Shown here: piece after piece, positions 9,252-22,888 of the stretch
How the letters are laid out: each line of letters begins with the position of its first letter
Position numbering within the stretch: position 1 is the first letter of the stretch
Source of the DNA: Scenedesmus sp. PABB004
Taxonomy: Eukaryota
Direction of reading: 5' to 3'
Assembly: GCA_014905635.1 (NCBI GenBank)
Contig: JABVCE010000045.1
Coordinates: forward strand, 1-64,000
Length of the DNA stretch: 64,000 nt
Program-made: the position numbers and the translations under genes
The notes under the pieces: model-generated
Told to the model about the DNA's origin: nothing
The model's input: only the letters and a program-made list of their open reading frames with translations
Database searches by the model: none

Positions 9252-12200
9252 CTAGCTCGCGAGTTGCGCCAGCTTGCCCAGCACGCTCGCGAGCTGCGTC
9301 GCCGGCGGCGCGGTCGCGGCGAGCACCTTGCGCATCGCGGCGTACTCGCCGGGCGTCGCCTGCAGCACCGCTGCGACCGCGGGCAGCAGCGCGTCGCGCT
9401 CCGCGGCGCGGCCGGCCATGACTGCCTCCAGGAACTTGAGCACCACGTTCTTGACGTACACCAGGTCCACGCCGCCCACCGCCTCGCGCAGCCCCGGCGC
9501 GCCGAGCGGCGCGCCCGCGGCCGCCTCGACCGCGCCGTCGGCGACGCCGTACAGGCTGCCGCCGCCGACCTTGTTGGCCGCCTGCCACTTCACGCCGCGG
9601 CCGCTGCCGCCCGGCGGCGCGGCCGCGGCGGCGGCCGCGGCGGCCGCGGCGGCGGCGGAGGGGCTGTGGATGATGCCGCTGCCGCCCGCGGCCGACATGA
9701 GGCCCGCGCCCGCGCCCGCGGTGGACGCGCTGCGCAGCAGGTCGAGGCTGCCGCTGCTGCCGGGCGGGCGGTGCTGCAGCACCGCCGCGCGCTCCGCCTC
9801 GTGCTGCTGCTGCTGCTCGCGCAGCTCCTCGCGCGCCGCGTCAGCGTCGGCCTGGGCGCACTCCAGGCCGGCGCGCAGGTCGGCGGCGCGCAGCTCCGCG
9901 TCCCGCTGCGCCGCCTCGGCCTCCGCCAGGCGCGCCTGCAGCGCCGCGCCCGCGTCCTGCTCCGCCTGCAGCGCGTCCGTGCGTGCTTCCAGGTCGCGCT
10001 GCGCGGCGGCCAGCAATTGCTGCGCAAGCGGCCGGCCGGCGGGCGGGCGGGCGGGCGGGCGGAGGGCGGGGCAGAAGTGGGCAGCGGCGCCGAGGCGGCT
10101 GGCCGCCCTGCGCGCGCGAGCCGCCGCCGCGGAGCGCCGCGCCCGCCGCACCTGCAGGCCTTCCACCTGCATCTCCAGATCCTCCACCTCCTGCCGCGCC
10201 GCCGGCGGCCACAGCGCGCGGTTGCGCCCAATCGCAGCCAGCCGCGCGGCCACCTGCTCGCCGATGGCCGCCTGCGCCTTGGCCGCCGTCGCGGCGGCGA
10301 GCTCGGCCGCCGCGCTCGCAGCCGTGCTCTGTGCCGTGACGTCGCGCAGGCGCGCCTCGAGCGAGGCCACCAGCGCTGCCAGGCCCGCGAGCTGCCCCTC
10401 CAGGTCGGCCTTGGCCGCCTCCAGGCCCGCCATGCGCTGCGGGGCAGCGGGATAGACGGCGCAGGTTGGGTCCGCGAGCGGCGGGCGAGGCAGAGCGCTC
10501 GCGCGCCAGCGCCCCACCTGCTTTTGGTGTTCCAGCTGCCCCCGCTCGCGGCCCAGCTCGCCCAGCTGCTCGCGCAGCGCGGTGGCTGCCGCCTGCGCCG
10601 CGTCGCGCTCGGCCGCCGCCGCCTCTGTGCTGCGCAGCTCAGCCATGAGCGCCGCCTCGCGGCCCTCCGCGCCCGCCAGGCGGCGCTCCAGGTTGGTGAC
10701 CTGCGCGAGACGGGGGGTGAGGCGCTGCGCTGCCCGGCCCCGCAGCCCCGGTCCAGCAGGCCCCCCCCCCCGGGCCCCCAGCCTGCCCGCCCACCTGCAC
10801 GTGGCTGGCGGCCAGCTGCTGCTGCAGCCGGCCCAGCTGCTCCTCCGCAGCCGCGGCATTGGTGGTGCCAGGCCCCGTGGCAGCGCTGGCGGCGGCGGCG
10901 GCCTCCTCCGCCGCGCGCAGCCGGTCCTCGAGCTGCACAATCTGCGGGGCGGCGCCTGCGAGTGAGTGGCCCCCGGCGCAGCAGGGCTGGGCAGCCAGCT
11001 GCGGGCCCAGGCCCTCCGCCGTCCCGCGCCGCGCACCTGCTGCCGCGCCGCCGCCGCCTGCGCCGCGCCGCGCTGCTGCGCGGCGGCGAGCGACTGCTGC
11101 GCCGCGGCCAGCGACTCCTCCAGCGACGCCACGCGCGCGGCGGCCAGGCTGGACGCGCGCTCCGCCGCGCGCGCGCGCTCCTCCAGCGTGACCACAAACT
11201 CCCGGTACCGCGCGACCACGGCGGCGTGCGCCGCGCCGTCGCCGCTCGGCGTGCCGCCGGCGCCCGGCGGCGGCGTGGCCGGCCGGGCCTCCGCCTCCTG
11301 GCGCGGCCGCTGCGGCGCGGCCGCCTGCTCCAGCTGCTGCTGCTGCTGCTGCTGCTCCTCGCCGGCCGCCAGCAGCTCCTGCGCGCGCACCTCGGCGCTC
11401 ACGGCGGCGGCCGCCGCCACGGCCGCCTCCAGCGACGCGTAGCTGGCCTGCAGCTGCTGCACAAGGCCCGACGCGTCGGCCACGTGCGGCGCGCGCTGCT
11501 CCCCTGGCTGCTCCTGCGGCTGCTCTCGCTCCGCCTGCTGCAGCACCCGCTCCCCGGGCGACTCTGCAGCTGCCCGTGCGCGAAGCTGCTCCTGCAGCGC
11601 GGACAGCTGCTCGCGCAGCGCCGCCGCCTCGTCCTGCAGCGCGGCGCGGCCGCGCGTGAGGGCCTCGACCTCCTCCTGCACCGCAATGAGCAGCACCGAC
11701 TCGGTGCCGTGGTCGGCCACCCGTAGCGCCTCGGTCGCCGCCACGAGCTGCCGCGCCTCGTCGTCCAGCGCCGCGTCGGTGAAGCCCGCGCGGATCATGA
11801 TCTGCGCGCGGCGCGGCCCGCGTGGAGGAGCGGCAGTGCGGCGCCCCGCGGCGGCGGCGGCAGCGCTGCTGGCGCGCGGCGCGGCCGGCGGCGCGGGCGG
11901 CCGCGCCTGCGCGCGCGGCGCGGCGCGCCTTTTTGAGCGCCGTGACTGTGTCGAGCAGCATGTGCTTCTCCCGCACGTGCTGCCGCGTCAGCGCCGCCAC
12001 GTCGCCCTTGTCAAACCAGCGCAGCTTCTTGGCGCTCTCAACCGGCAGCCTGCGGCGGGAAAAGGCGGCGCGCGCGGCGGCTCGGCCGCTCGCCCCGCGC
12101 AGCGGCAGCACGGCCGGCGCCGCGCGCGCGGGTGCGCGGGCAGCCCTCGCCCACGCGGCTCACCGCAGGTACTGCGTCTCGGCGAGCTGCGCGGACGCGT

Positions 12201-12333
12201 GCGCGCGGGGCGGCGGGCTGCTCGCGCCATCGCCGGCGGCGAGCGTCTTGTCGAGCGTCTTGTCGATCTGCTTGACGGCCGTGTTGACGGCATTGGCCGT
12301 GCTGGTGCTGATGTTGTTGATGAACTTCTTCAT
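9252..12333 (-). CDS. Coiled-coil golgin-like protein with C-terminal GRIP domain (multi-exon)
   Basis: Starts MKKFINNISTST. Long E/A/Q/L heptad segments. C-terminal VDLVYVKNVVLKFL...ERDALLPAVAAVLQATPGEY matches the GRIP pattern (EYLKNVxLxF...LLPVIxxLLxFSPEE). Confidence 0.85.
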
Positions 12334-12919
12334 CGCGGCGGCGGGCCGGCGCGCCCGCGCCCGTGCCCGGGCGGCGCCCGCTGCTGCTGCTGCTGGCGGC
12401 GGCGCGCCTCCGCCGTCGCCGCCGGCCACCGCGCGAGGTGCCGCGCGCCGAGCGGGACCCGCTGGACCCGCCGGACCCGCTGGTGCGTCGGGGCGTCGAC
12501 GCCGCGGGCAAGCGGGCGGGCTGGCGCGACTGCTGCCCTGGCAAGTGCAGGTGCTGCTCCTGCGAGCCGGGCGGCGCGTGGCTGTGCCGGCAGAGACGTT
12601 GTGAGGGCTGGGGTGCGTGCGCGACAGTTGAGCGAGCGTCGCTGCCCCGCGCGCGGCGGTTGTGTGGGCGCTTGCGGCGCAGGCGGCGGTTGCGCCGGGT
12701 CCGTCGCGAGCTCGGTCACAGCCGCAGAGAGCACGTTCGTTGGTGCTAGAACAGAACACACATACACAGCAATCCCGCCGCGCGCGCAACACAGGGCTGC
12801 GCGCTGGGTGAGAGAGCGGCGCGATGCGTCGGCGACGGTTCGTCGCGCCGCCTGGCTGCCATGAATTGATCACTTTGCTGCTATGTGCATGCACCCTGCT
12901 GCAGTCCTCCAGCCCGCCC

Positions 12920-14361
12920 TCAGCTGGCCTCTGTCGGCTCCGGCGCCGCCTCTGTCGGCTCCGGCGCCGCCGCTGCGGGCTCGTCGTCTGCCGCCGCCGG
13001 CTCGCCGCCCAGCAGCTCGCCGCCCAGCTCGCTGCCCTGCTCCTCCTGCGCGCCGTCGCCGTCCTCGTCCTCGTCCTCGTCCTCATCCTCTGCCTCGTCG
13101 TCGTAGCCGCCACTGCCGCTGTACTGGTCCCCGCCGCGCCCGCCGCCGTGCTGCTCGTCTGCGGGGCGCGCGCGCGGGCGCGTACGCGTGGGCGGGCGGG
13201 CGCGCACGCGCGCGGCCCCGTCGCGCCGCGCCGCGCCGCCGCCGCGCTGGCGCACCGCCAAAGAGCAGCATCATCTCAAGCTGCTGCTTCTGCGCGCGCA
13301 TGCCCTGCAGCTGCGACTCCAGCGCCGACTTGTCCGTCTCCAGGGTGATGACCGTCAGCTGCGCCTCAACCTGCCGCGTCTCAGCATCCGCCAGCGCCTC
13401 ACGCAGCGCGGCGAGCTCCGCCTCCAGCTCGGCGGTGCGCTCCGAGGAGAGGCCGGCGCCGGCGCCGGCGGCGGCGCCGGCGGCGCGGCCGCGGCCGCCG
13501 CGGCCGCGCCTCCTGTTGCGCGTGGGCTGCGGGCGCGGGTCGCGGGGGCGGCGCGGGTCGCGGGGCGCCCCTGTGCAGCGCGGCGGGCGCGCGCTGCGCG
13601 GCGCGGCGCGGCGCGGCGCGCACCTTGCGGGGGCCTGGCGGCGAGGGGTCGCCCGGCACTGCGGGCGCGGCGTCGCGCTGGCGGCCCTTGGGCGCGCCGT
13701 AGTCGTCGTCATCCCCGCCGTACGAGCCATAGTCGGGCGTCGGCGAGCGCGCCGGGGGCACGCCGGCGCCGCTGCCGCGCCCGCCGCCGGGCGAGGGCGC
13801 CGGGCCCGGCGAGCCCTGGCGCGCCGCGCCGCGCGGCGGCGGGCTGCCCGAGTGCGCGCTGCCGACGCTGAGGTTGCCGCCGCTGCGGCTGGCGTGCAGG
13901 CTGCCGTAGCTCGCGTTGCGCGAGCCGGCGCGGCTGCCGCCGCGGCCGCCGCGCCGGCAGCCGCCGCCGTACTCCTCGTCGTCGTCGTTGAGGTCGCCAT
14001 AGTCGGGCGCCGTGCGCCGCGCCGGCGGGCCGCCGCGTGCCGGCCGCGCCGCCGCGGCCTGGCTGTCGGCCAGCGTCGTGTGCAGCGCGCGCTGGAACTG
14101 CCGCGCGCCGCCCCCGGCCGCGGGGCCCGCGCGCGGCGGCTGCGGCCTGGCGGGCGCCGGCGGCTGCGGGTGGTGGCGTGGCGGCGCGTGCGGCGTCGTC
14201 GCGCCCGGCGCGCCGGGCGGCGGCGGCGCGCCGTAGCCGCCCGTGGGCGTGGCAAAGCCCGCCGTGCCGGGCGCGTCGAAGCGCAGCGGCCCGAAGCCCG
14301 GCGGCGGCGCGTCGTCGTCGTCCAGCGCCGGCACCGCGTGGACCGGGCCCCCGCGCGACAT
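12920..14361 (-). CDS. Hypothetical low-complexity protein with a short coiled coil and acidic C-terminus (about 3 exons; exon frames do not join cleanly)
   Basis: MSRGGPVHAVPALDDDD..., repeated PDYG motifs, ERTAELEAELAALREALADAETRQ...LESQLQGMRAQKQQLE coiled coil, DEAEDEDEDEDED tail. GT-AG sites present. Confidence 0.6.
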
Positions 14362-15200
14362 GCCTGCCTGCGCGTGCGCCGCTGCGGCGGGCGGGCGCGC
14401 AGCAGCAGCGGGCGGGCGGGCACCGGCGCGTCGGCGGCGCAGCACCCTGGCCAGCGCGCCGGGACGCGTGGCCCCCAAGCGACCGACGGTCACGCTCCCC
14501 CCTGTGCGCCCGCGGCGGCTGCAGCGGCCCCGCGCAGCCCGCGCTCCACGGCGCGGCCGCGGCGCGCACACCTGCGGCGCGCCGCGCAGCGCTGGTGCCG
14601 AGCTCTGGCCGGGCCCGCGCCGGTCGCGGCGGGAGCGGCAGTCAAATGGCAGCCGTCGGGGCCTGCTCCTGCGGCCGGGCGGCGAGCAGTGGCGAGCAAG
14701 TGGAGCAGTTGCTCTGCAGCACTGCTCCTGACACGTGCTGGCCTGCAGCGCCTGGCGGCGAGCGCCTGCGTGATGCCGGTGATGGCGAGAGGGTGGCGTG
14801 AGCGGCGCGGCGGGCGCGGCTGGCAGCGCGGGCCTGCAGAGCAGCAGCAGGGCTCGCGGCCGTGAAGCGCCGGTCCCTCTGGCCCCTGCGCGCAGCCCCG
14901 TGGCTTGTTGCCCCCCCCCCCCCCCCGTCGCGCACCTCGACGCAGCTCGCTGCCTGCACCCGCCAGCGCCCGGACAAGGCCGGCCTGTCTGCTGCCGATC
15001 GCCCGCTCGCCCGTACCGCGCCCTACGCGTGCCCGGCGGCCGTCCGTTCGGTCCTGCATCGCGGATCAGGCGCCCGCGCGCGCGGCGGCGGCGGCGGCGC
15101 CGCGGCAGCAGACGCGCTCGAGCGCGGGCGGCGCGCGGCGCGCCGGCCGGCGCCGACCGACGGCCGGCGCGGCGCGCGCGAGGGCGGGTGAGCGGCCGCC

Positions 15201-16255
15201 ATGGCGGCGATCTACGGCGGAGGTGCGGCGCGCGGCGGCGGCGGCGGCGGCGGCGGGCGCTCGGCGGCAGCGGCGGCGGGCGCTCGGCGGGCGCTCGGCG
15301 GGCGCTCGGCGGCGCAGGCGCGCTCGGCGGCCACGGGCGCCCGCGCGTGGCGGCCGCAGATGAGGTCAACGCGGTGGTGCTGGACCTGGGCACCTGGCAG
15401 ACCAAGGCCGGCTACGCGGGCGACGACACGCCCAAGGCCGTCTTCCCGTCGGTGCGCGGCGCGGACGGTGGCGGCGGCGGCGGCGCCGCCGCCTGCTGCT
15501 GCTCCGCGCGCGGCGGCGCGCCCACGCGCCGGCCGCCGCGCCGCGCCGCGCCGCGCCGCGCGCGCAGCTGGCGGGCGTGGTGGGCGGCGACGGCGCGAGC
15601 GGCATGGAGGTGGACGGGGCGGAGGGCGGCGGCGGGCGGCGCCTCTACCTGGGCAGCCAGGAGCTGGGCTACCGGCGCCCGGGCATGGACGTGGTGTCGC
15701 CGTTCAACGCGGAGGGCCTGCTGGAGGACTGGGAGGCCACGCAGCGCATCTGGGAGTACGCGCTCAAGTGAGCGGCGCGGGCGGTGCAGGCGGGGCGGCG
15801 AGGCGGGGCATGTGCGCGGCGGCGGCCCGTCGGCGGCGGCGGCGGCGGCGGCGGCGCGACGCGCCGCCGCCGCGTGGCCCTTCCCCCCGCAGGGACCGGC
15901 TGATGGTCGACCCCAAGGAGAACGCGGTGCTGCTCGCGGAGCCCACCCACAACAGCCGCGCGGTGCGGGAGAAGACGGTGCAGGCGGCGTTTGAGCACCT
16001 CGGGTGCGGCGCGCGGCGCGGCGGCACGCGCAGCTCACAGCGCCACGGGCGCACGGCGCGGCGCGCTCAACTCCGCCCGCTGCGCGCCCCCGCGCCCGGC
16101 GGCGCAGGTGCCCCGCGCTGTTCCTGGCCAAGGACGCGGTGCTGGCGACGTTCAGCGTCGCCAAGCAGACCGGCGTCGTGGTCGATGCGGGCTACGACGC
16201 GACCACGGGTGCGCCGCTGCCGGCGCGCGCGCGCACGCGGCCGCGCCGCGCCGCT

Positions 16256-16308
<53 letters not shown>

Positions 16309-17669
16309 TGCTGCCGCCCTCACCCGCGCCGCCCGCCCCCGCTGGCGCTGGCGGGCCTGAACAGTCGCGGGCGTACACGACGGCTACGTGCTGACCAAGT
16401 CGATCAGCCGCAGCCCCGTGGGCGGCCGCCTGCTCAACTCGTGCCTGCGCGCCGCGCTGGAGGCCCGGGGCGTGGTGCTGCGGCCGCGGCAGACGTTCAA
16501 GCGCGTGGAGAAGAAGGGCGCGCCGGGCGAGTACGACGTGAGTGAGAGACCCACAGGCGCCGCGCGGCGCGCATCCTGCAGCCTGCGCGGCGCGACGGGC
16601 CCGCCGCCGCCCCGCCGCCGCCGCCCCGCCGCTGCAGGTGGTGGACGTGGACAGCGCGGACCTGACGCCCGGCTTCCTGGCGCACCAGACGGAGCTGATC
16701 GTGGGCGACATCAAGGAGCTGGTCTCGCGCGTGAGCGACGTCCACTTTGTCGAGGCAGACAACCTCACCGTGCCCGCGATCACCTACGAGGCGCGCGCCC
16801 GCGCACGCCCCCGCGCCGCGGTTGATCGAGCGCGCGGCGGCGAGCCCCGCGGCCTGCGAGCGCGGGCCGCCCGACAGCTGCCGCCCCGCCGCCGCCCCGC
16901 CGCCGCCGCCGCTGCCGCCGCAGCTGCCGGACGGCAACGAGATCCAGGTGGGCGTCGACCGCTTCAAGGTGCCCGAGCTGCTCTTCCAGCCGGTGAGCCG
17001 CGGCGCGGCGCGGCGCAGCCAGCGGGCGGCGCGGCGCAGCCCTCCCGCCGCCCACGCCCCGCGCCGCGCGGCGCAGCAACTCGTGCGCACGTTCCCGGGC
17101 ATGGCGGAGCACGCGCTGCCGGAGGGCGCCAAGGGCCTCGCGGGGCTGGTCGTCGACAGCGTCAACCGCTGCGACACCGACGTGCGCAAGGACCTCTACC
17201 AGCACGTGGTGCTCGCGGGTGCGCGACACGCACCGCGCCACGCCGCGCGCCGCGGGGCCGGCCATTGCGCCGCGCCGTCCCTCTCCGCGCGCGGGAGGGG
17301 CGCGGCGCGACGCCCCGCCCCGCGCCGCACGACGCGCCGCGCGCGCAGGCGGGACGTCGCTTCTGGCCCAGATGCGCGAGCGCTTGGAGCTGGACATCAG
17401 CACCGCCGCGCCCGGGGGGACCAAGGTCAAAGTCACTGCGCCGGTCAACCCCACGGAGCGCCGCCACGCCGTCTGGATCGGTGCGCGCCGCGCCGCGGGG
17501 GCCCGGCGGTCGCCGCGCGGCCGCGGCGGGCGCCGCACCCGACGCGAACACGCGCCGCGGCGCAGGCGGCAGCATCCTCGCGTCGCTGGGCTCGTTCCAG
17601 CAGATGTGGCTGAGCAAGCAGGAGTACGAGGAGCACGGCGCGGGGCTCATCCACCGCAAGGCGCCCTGA
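15201..17669 (+). CDS. ARP4: Nuclear actin-related protein 4 (ARP4/BAF53 family), 11 exons
   Basis: Spliced start [98 protein letters not shown]. All ten introns join in frame. Confidence 0.95.
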
Positions 17670-17837
17670 GCGGCGGCGCGCGGCGCGCGTTGGGTTGCGC
17701 CGTGCGGCCGGTGCAACTGGGCTCGCGCGCGGGAGGTTGCGGCGGTGTGTTACCGGCGTCCGCGCTCGATCAATAAGCCTCTGACCCGGCCAACGGCAGG
17801 CTGCAGCAAATTGCGCAAACTCTTCAGTGCGGCGCGA

Positions 17838-20086
17838 TCACGCCATGCTCGCGACAAAGCCCGGCGGCCGCACGCGCAGGCAGTACGGCGACGCCACACA
17901 TAGCAGCCCCAGCCCCGCCGCGAGCATGCCGCCAGCCGCGCCGCCGAGTGCCAGGCCGAGGCTGCACTTCTTGGGGCCTTGCACGCGCCCGGCTGGCAGC
18001 ACGAGCGCACCCAGCACGAGCGCGTTGAAGCCCGCGGCCAGCCCCGACAGCCCCTCGGCAGCGGCAAACGCCGACCCCTGGGCCACCCACCCCGGCACGC
18101 ACAGCAGCGCGGTCAGCGCCGTCAGCGCCGGCAGCGCCGCGAGCGCGCCGGCCGCGGCGCCCAGCAGCCGGGGGCGGTGCGGCCCCAGCAGCGGCATCAA
18201 CAGGCCCAGGCTCGCTGTGGCCGTCATCAGGCCTGCGGCGGGCGGGTCGCGGCGCGGCGGGGTGAGGCGCGCGCGCGTCGTGTGTGCGCCGCGCGCTGCG
18301 CGGAGCGCGCCGCGCCACGCTGCGCTGTGCCGCGCCGCGGGCCACCCACCCAGCAGCAGCGTGGGGAGCAGCACGGGTCCGATGTCCGACGGCGCCGCCG
18401 CGAGCGCGCCCGCGAGCTGCAGCCCCAACGGCAGCTGGCTGCCAGCGGCGCCGCCCAGCGCCAGCAGGCTCGCGCCGACGACCGCGCGGCTGCTGCTGCA
18501 GCTGCCCCAGCCGCCGACGTCCCAGCCGCCCACCAGCGCCGCGCCGCGCGGCAGCGCGCCCCCGCAGCCCGACACGGGCAGCAGCGCGTCGCCGCGGCCT
18601 GGCAGCAGCAGCGGGCTGCTGCCGCCGAGCTTGACGGGGCTCGCCTGGCCGCCCCACGCGCCAGCAGCCTGCTGGCCGCTACAGCTCCCGCTGCTGCTGG
18701 TCGAGGTGGCGTCCCAGCCGCCGCCACCCGCCTCTGCCGGCCCTCGCACGGGCCAGCCCGCGGCCGCCGGGGCCGGCGACCAGGGCGCGCCCGCGAGCCC
18801 CACAGACGGCGGGGCCTGCTGCTGCTGCTGCCCGCCGCTGGCGTCCCAGGCGTCCGGCGCTGCGGCGTGGCTGGCGCGGTGGTGCGCGTGGCCGTGGCTC
18901 GCCGCGCTGGCGGCGGCCACGACCACCGCGCCAGACGGCGGCAGCAGCTGCGCGTGCGCCGCGGCGGGCGCGCAGCAGGCGTCGCCGCCCTCGTGGGCCT
19001 TGGCCTTGGGCGACCAGCCGCCGAGGGCCCGGGCGCCGCCGCCTGAGCGCACGTGGCGCCAGAGCAGCGCGGCGCCGGCGGCGCCCGCCAGCGGCAGCGC
19101 CAGCCCGCACAGCAGCGGCCGTTCGCTGCCCGCCAGCAGCTGCAGCCACGCGCCGGCCGCGTGCGCGATCAGCAGGCCCGCCGACAGACCGACCAGCAGC
19201 GGGCGCGGCCACGCGCGCCGCGCGACGCCCGCGGCGGCGAGGCCCGGCAGCAGGCACAGCGGGCCGAGGCGGGCGAGCAGGTGGGCCATGCCCGCCGGCG
19301 CCACGGACGCGTAGTCGCCAAACGGCGACGCGAGCGTGCCGCCAGGCGTCTCCAGCGAGGCGATGAACACCGACAGCCCCTGCAGCCTGCGCACGCACGC
19401 GGGCGGGGGCAGGGCGGCCGGGGACGCGCGTGAGCGCCGCCGTGGCGCCGCCGTGCGCCAGCCGCGCCGCCGCCGCCGCGCGCGCGCGCGCGCGCACCAC
19501 GCCGCGCCGCCGGTCGCGTAGGTCGCGACCGCGTCGGCCTCGCACGCCTCGAGCGCGTCGGGCAGCAGCTCGGCGAGCACGATCCAGATCATGCACCCCG
19601 CCGCAAAGCCCATCGCCAGCGGCAGCAGCGGGCGGAACGCGTCAACAAACACGTACGCCGGCGGCGCGACGAGCGCCTGCGGCAGCGCCGTCAGCGCCGT
19701 CCACAGCAGCACGCGCCCCGGCGGCGTGCCCTTGGCCGCCATCACGCTCGCCACGGCCAGGCCCTCGGGCACCTGCGGGGGCGCGCGCGCGCGCGCGGTC
19801 GGGCGGCCGCCGGCGCGGCGCGCCGCCGCGCCACGCCCGCCGTGCCCTGCCCCCCCCCCCCCCGCGCGCTCACGTTGTGAAGGCCGATCGCGAGCGTGAC
19901 GAGCGTGCCCTGCGCCCAGCCGCGCTCGCCGGCAAAGCTCACGCCCACGCCGCCGCCCTCGCCGACCGCGTGCAGCGCCATCACGCCCAGGAACAGCAGC
20001 ACGCGCCGCGCGTCGGCGCCGGCGAGCTGCTCAAAGCCGGTCACCTCGTACCTGCGGCGCACGCGTGGGCGCGGGGCGTGGGCGCA

Positions 20087-20119
<33 letters not shown>

Positions 20120-20898
20120 TGCGCTGCCCCTCTGCGCGCTGGCCGCGCGCCGCGTGCGCGCTCACTGCTCAAGGTGCTCCCCGCAGACGCGCACAAACGC
20201 GACGCCCAGGGCCATGCCCGCGACGAGGTACGCGCCGCCGTGGCCGCCGCCCTCGGCGAGCAGGCCGAAGCTGGCCGCGAGCATGACGCCGCTCGCGACC
20301 GCGTTGGCCAGGCCCGCCCAGGGCTTGGAGAGGCGCGCGACAAAGAAAAAGGGCAGCACGCCAAGGCAAGACATCAGCGACATGCAGGCGCTCAGCGCGA
20401 CGACCGCCAGCAGCGGCACGCGCGCGCGCGCCGCGCCGGGCGTGGCCGCGCCCGCGCCGCCCGCGCCGCCGCGCTGCGGCGGCGTCGCGGGCGCCGACGG
20501 CAGCCGCGGCGGGCGCAGGTGCACCGTGGGCGCCGCCGCCGGCGCGTCGAGGTCGCCAAAGTCGCCTCGCAGCGCCTCGAGGTGCGCCTCGTCCGCTACC
20601 GCCACCGGCAGCTCCGTCTGCGCCTGCGCGGGCGCGCGGCAGCGGGCGCGCGCGGCTGTTGGCGGCCGCGCCGGCGCCGGCGGCGCGCGCCTGCGCCTGG
20701 CGCCCGTGCTCGAGGCAGGGCGGAGGCCCCGCCGGCGCCCGGGCGGCCGAGCGACGCCGCGGCGCGGCCGCCCGGCGCGCCAGCTGCGCCTGCTGCCCCG
20801 GCGCATCGGCAGCAGCGCACCCGCACGGCCGCGGCGGCGCCGAGCAGCGCCAGGACCAGCAGCGCGCCGCCCCGGTGCCGTCCTTGGGGCCGCGGCAT
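17838..20898 (-). CDS. ZIP-family (GufA/ZupT-type) divalent metal transporter with signal peptide, similar to the plant At3g08650 type
   Basis: LGVLPFFFV...GLANAVASGVMLAASF; MALHAVGEGGGVGVSFAG; LVTLAIGLHN/VPEGLAVA; GFAAGCMIWIVLAELLPDA. Exon 1 is MPRPQGRHRGGALLVLALLGAAAAVR. Confidence 0.9.
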
Positions 20899-21401
20899 CG
20901 CGCTGGTGCGCGTGCGCGGCGAGTCGCCCACAGGTTCGCCCAAGACGTGCGCGAGTCTGCCAAGCCACGCGCGTCGGACTGCGCCCGCGTCCGCCCGGGC
21001 CTCGGGACGCCCACGCGCGAGCCCCCGAATCGGCGCCGCAGAGCTCCCGCGCCGCAGCTTCCCCGCCGCTGCCCTGCCCAAAAGTGCGCGTGCGGCGGCG
21101 GCGGCGACAGCGGCAGCGCCGCGGTGGGTGTGTGTGGTGGCCCCGGGGCGGCCAAGTGGAGCGACAGCGGCGTGGCGCGACGGCGCAAAGCCCTGCGCCG
21201 CCGCTGCCGCGTCCGGTCGCGCGCCGCTGCCGCGCACTTCGCTGCCGCGCGGCCTGCTCCGCACTCACACCTGTCACCCCCTGAGGCTAGCCCCGCGCAC
21301 CCGACTCCCAGTACGCCCACGCACCGACCGCACACCGCCGGACCGCTTGCCCCGGCGCCCGCCGCTTGGCGGCATCCTGCGGGCGGCGGCGGCCCTGTGC
21401 C

Positions 21402-22888
21402 ATGCAGCCGGCGCGCTGCTGTGGCTGCGGCCACGCCCCGCTCGCGCCGGGCGGCGCGGCGCGGCCGGGCCTGGCGCGCGGGCTGCCCTTCCACCCTCTG
21501 CGCGCCCACTGGGCGGCGCGGCGCGTCCGGGCGGGCGCGTCCAGCGCCAATGCCGGCAGCGCCGGCAGCGACAGCACCCCGTGAGCGCCCGCGCCGCGCC
21601 GCGCGGGCTCGGGGCGGCCTGGCAGCAGGGCTGCAGCATTCACCGCCCCTCCCCGCCCGCGCAGGAGCGCGATGGATGCGGCGTCCATGCCCGAAAACTT
21701 CTGCATCATCGAGGGCCGCGACGCAGTCAAGGTGGGGCCAAGCCGCGCCGCGCCCGCGGCGCGCCGCGCGCCCGCGCGCGCCGCCGCTGCCGCTGCTGCC
21801 GGCAGCCCACGCGCGCCGCGGCGCCGGCCGCGCAGGACTTTGCCAACATGCCCGCCGACGAGGTGCGCGTGAACATCGCCAACCGGCGGGACAAGATCTT
21901 CCTGCTCATGGAGGAGCTGCGCCGGCTGCGCATCCAGCAGCGCCTCAAGGCGCGGCGGCGCCGCCGCGTGGCGTATGGAGCAGCAGCTGCTGCCCCCCCC
22001 CCCCCCCGCGCACGCACGCACGCTCACGCGCGCCCCCGCGGCCCGGCGCCGCGCGGGCGCAGGGCGTGAACGAGCCGGCGCGCGTCGAGATTGAGCAGCA
22101 GCAGTACCTGAGCGCGCTGCCCTTCCTGCCGCCGCTGAGCGAGAAGACGCTGAACACCTACTACACCATCTACGCCGTCTTCTTCGCCGGCGTCATCCTC
22201 TTCGGCGGCCTCCTCGCGCCGCTGCTCGAAGTGCGCATCGGCCTCGGCGGTGAGCGGCAGTGCGGCGCGGCGGCGCGGCGGCGCGGCGGCGCGGCGGCAC
22301 CGGAGCGCCGGGGCCGCCGCCGGGCGAGTTGGGGGCTGGCGCGACCTCGCCGCCCCCCCCCCCCCCCCCCCCGCGCCGCCCGCCCCAGGCACGAGCTACG
22401 TGGACTTCATCGAGTCGATGCACCTGCCGGCGCAGCTGGCGGGCGTGGACCCGATCGTGGCGTCGTTCTGCGGCGGCGCGGTGGGCGCCGTGAGCGCGCT
22501 GCTGGTCGTGGAGGTGGGCGGCCGGGGCCGGCCGCGCGGGCGGGGCGCGCTCCCGGAGCGGGGGCCGCGCTTCCGGAGTGGCAGGCGCGCGGCCGCCGCG
22601 GTGCCCCGCTCACGCGCCGCCGCCGCCGCCGCCGCCGCCGCTGGGGGCCGCCGTTGCGGGGGCGCGCAGGTGAACAACATCAAGCAGCAGATCCACAACC
22701 GCTGCCACTACTGCCAGGGCGCGGGCTACCTGACGTGCGGGCACTGCGTGGGCAGCGCGCTCGACCCCGCGAGCGGCGAGGCGTGCCCGTTCTGCGCGGG
22801 CAGCGGCAAGGTCATGTGCACCGGCTGCCTCTGCACGGGCAAGCAGATGGCCACGGAGCACGACCCGCGCATCGACCCCTTCACATGA
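21402..22888 (+). CDS. OR: Orange (OR) DnaJ-like Cys-rich plastid chaperone, regulator of phytoene synthase; 6 exons
   Basis: PENFCIIEGRDAVKDFANM...IANRRDKIFLLMEELRRLRIQQR; QLAGVDPIVASFCGGAVGAVSALLVVEVNNIKQQ; CxxCxGxG repeats ending KVMCTGCLCTGKQMATEHDPRIDPF. Confidence 0.96.
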
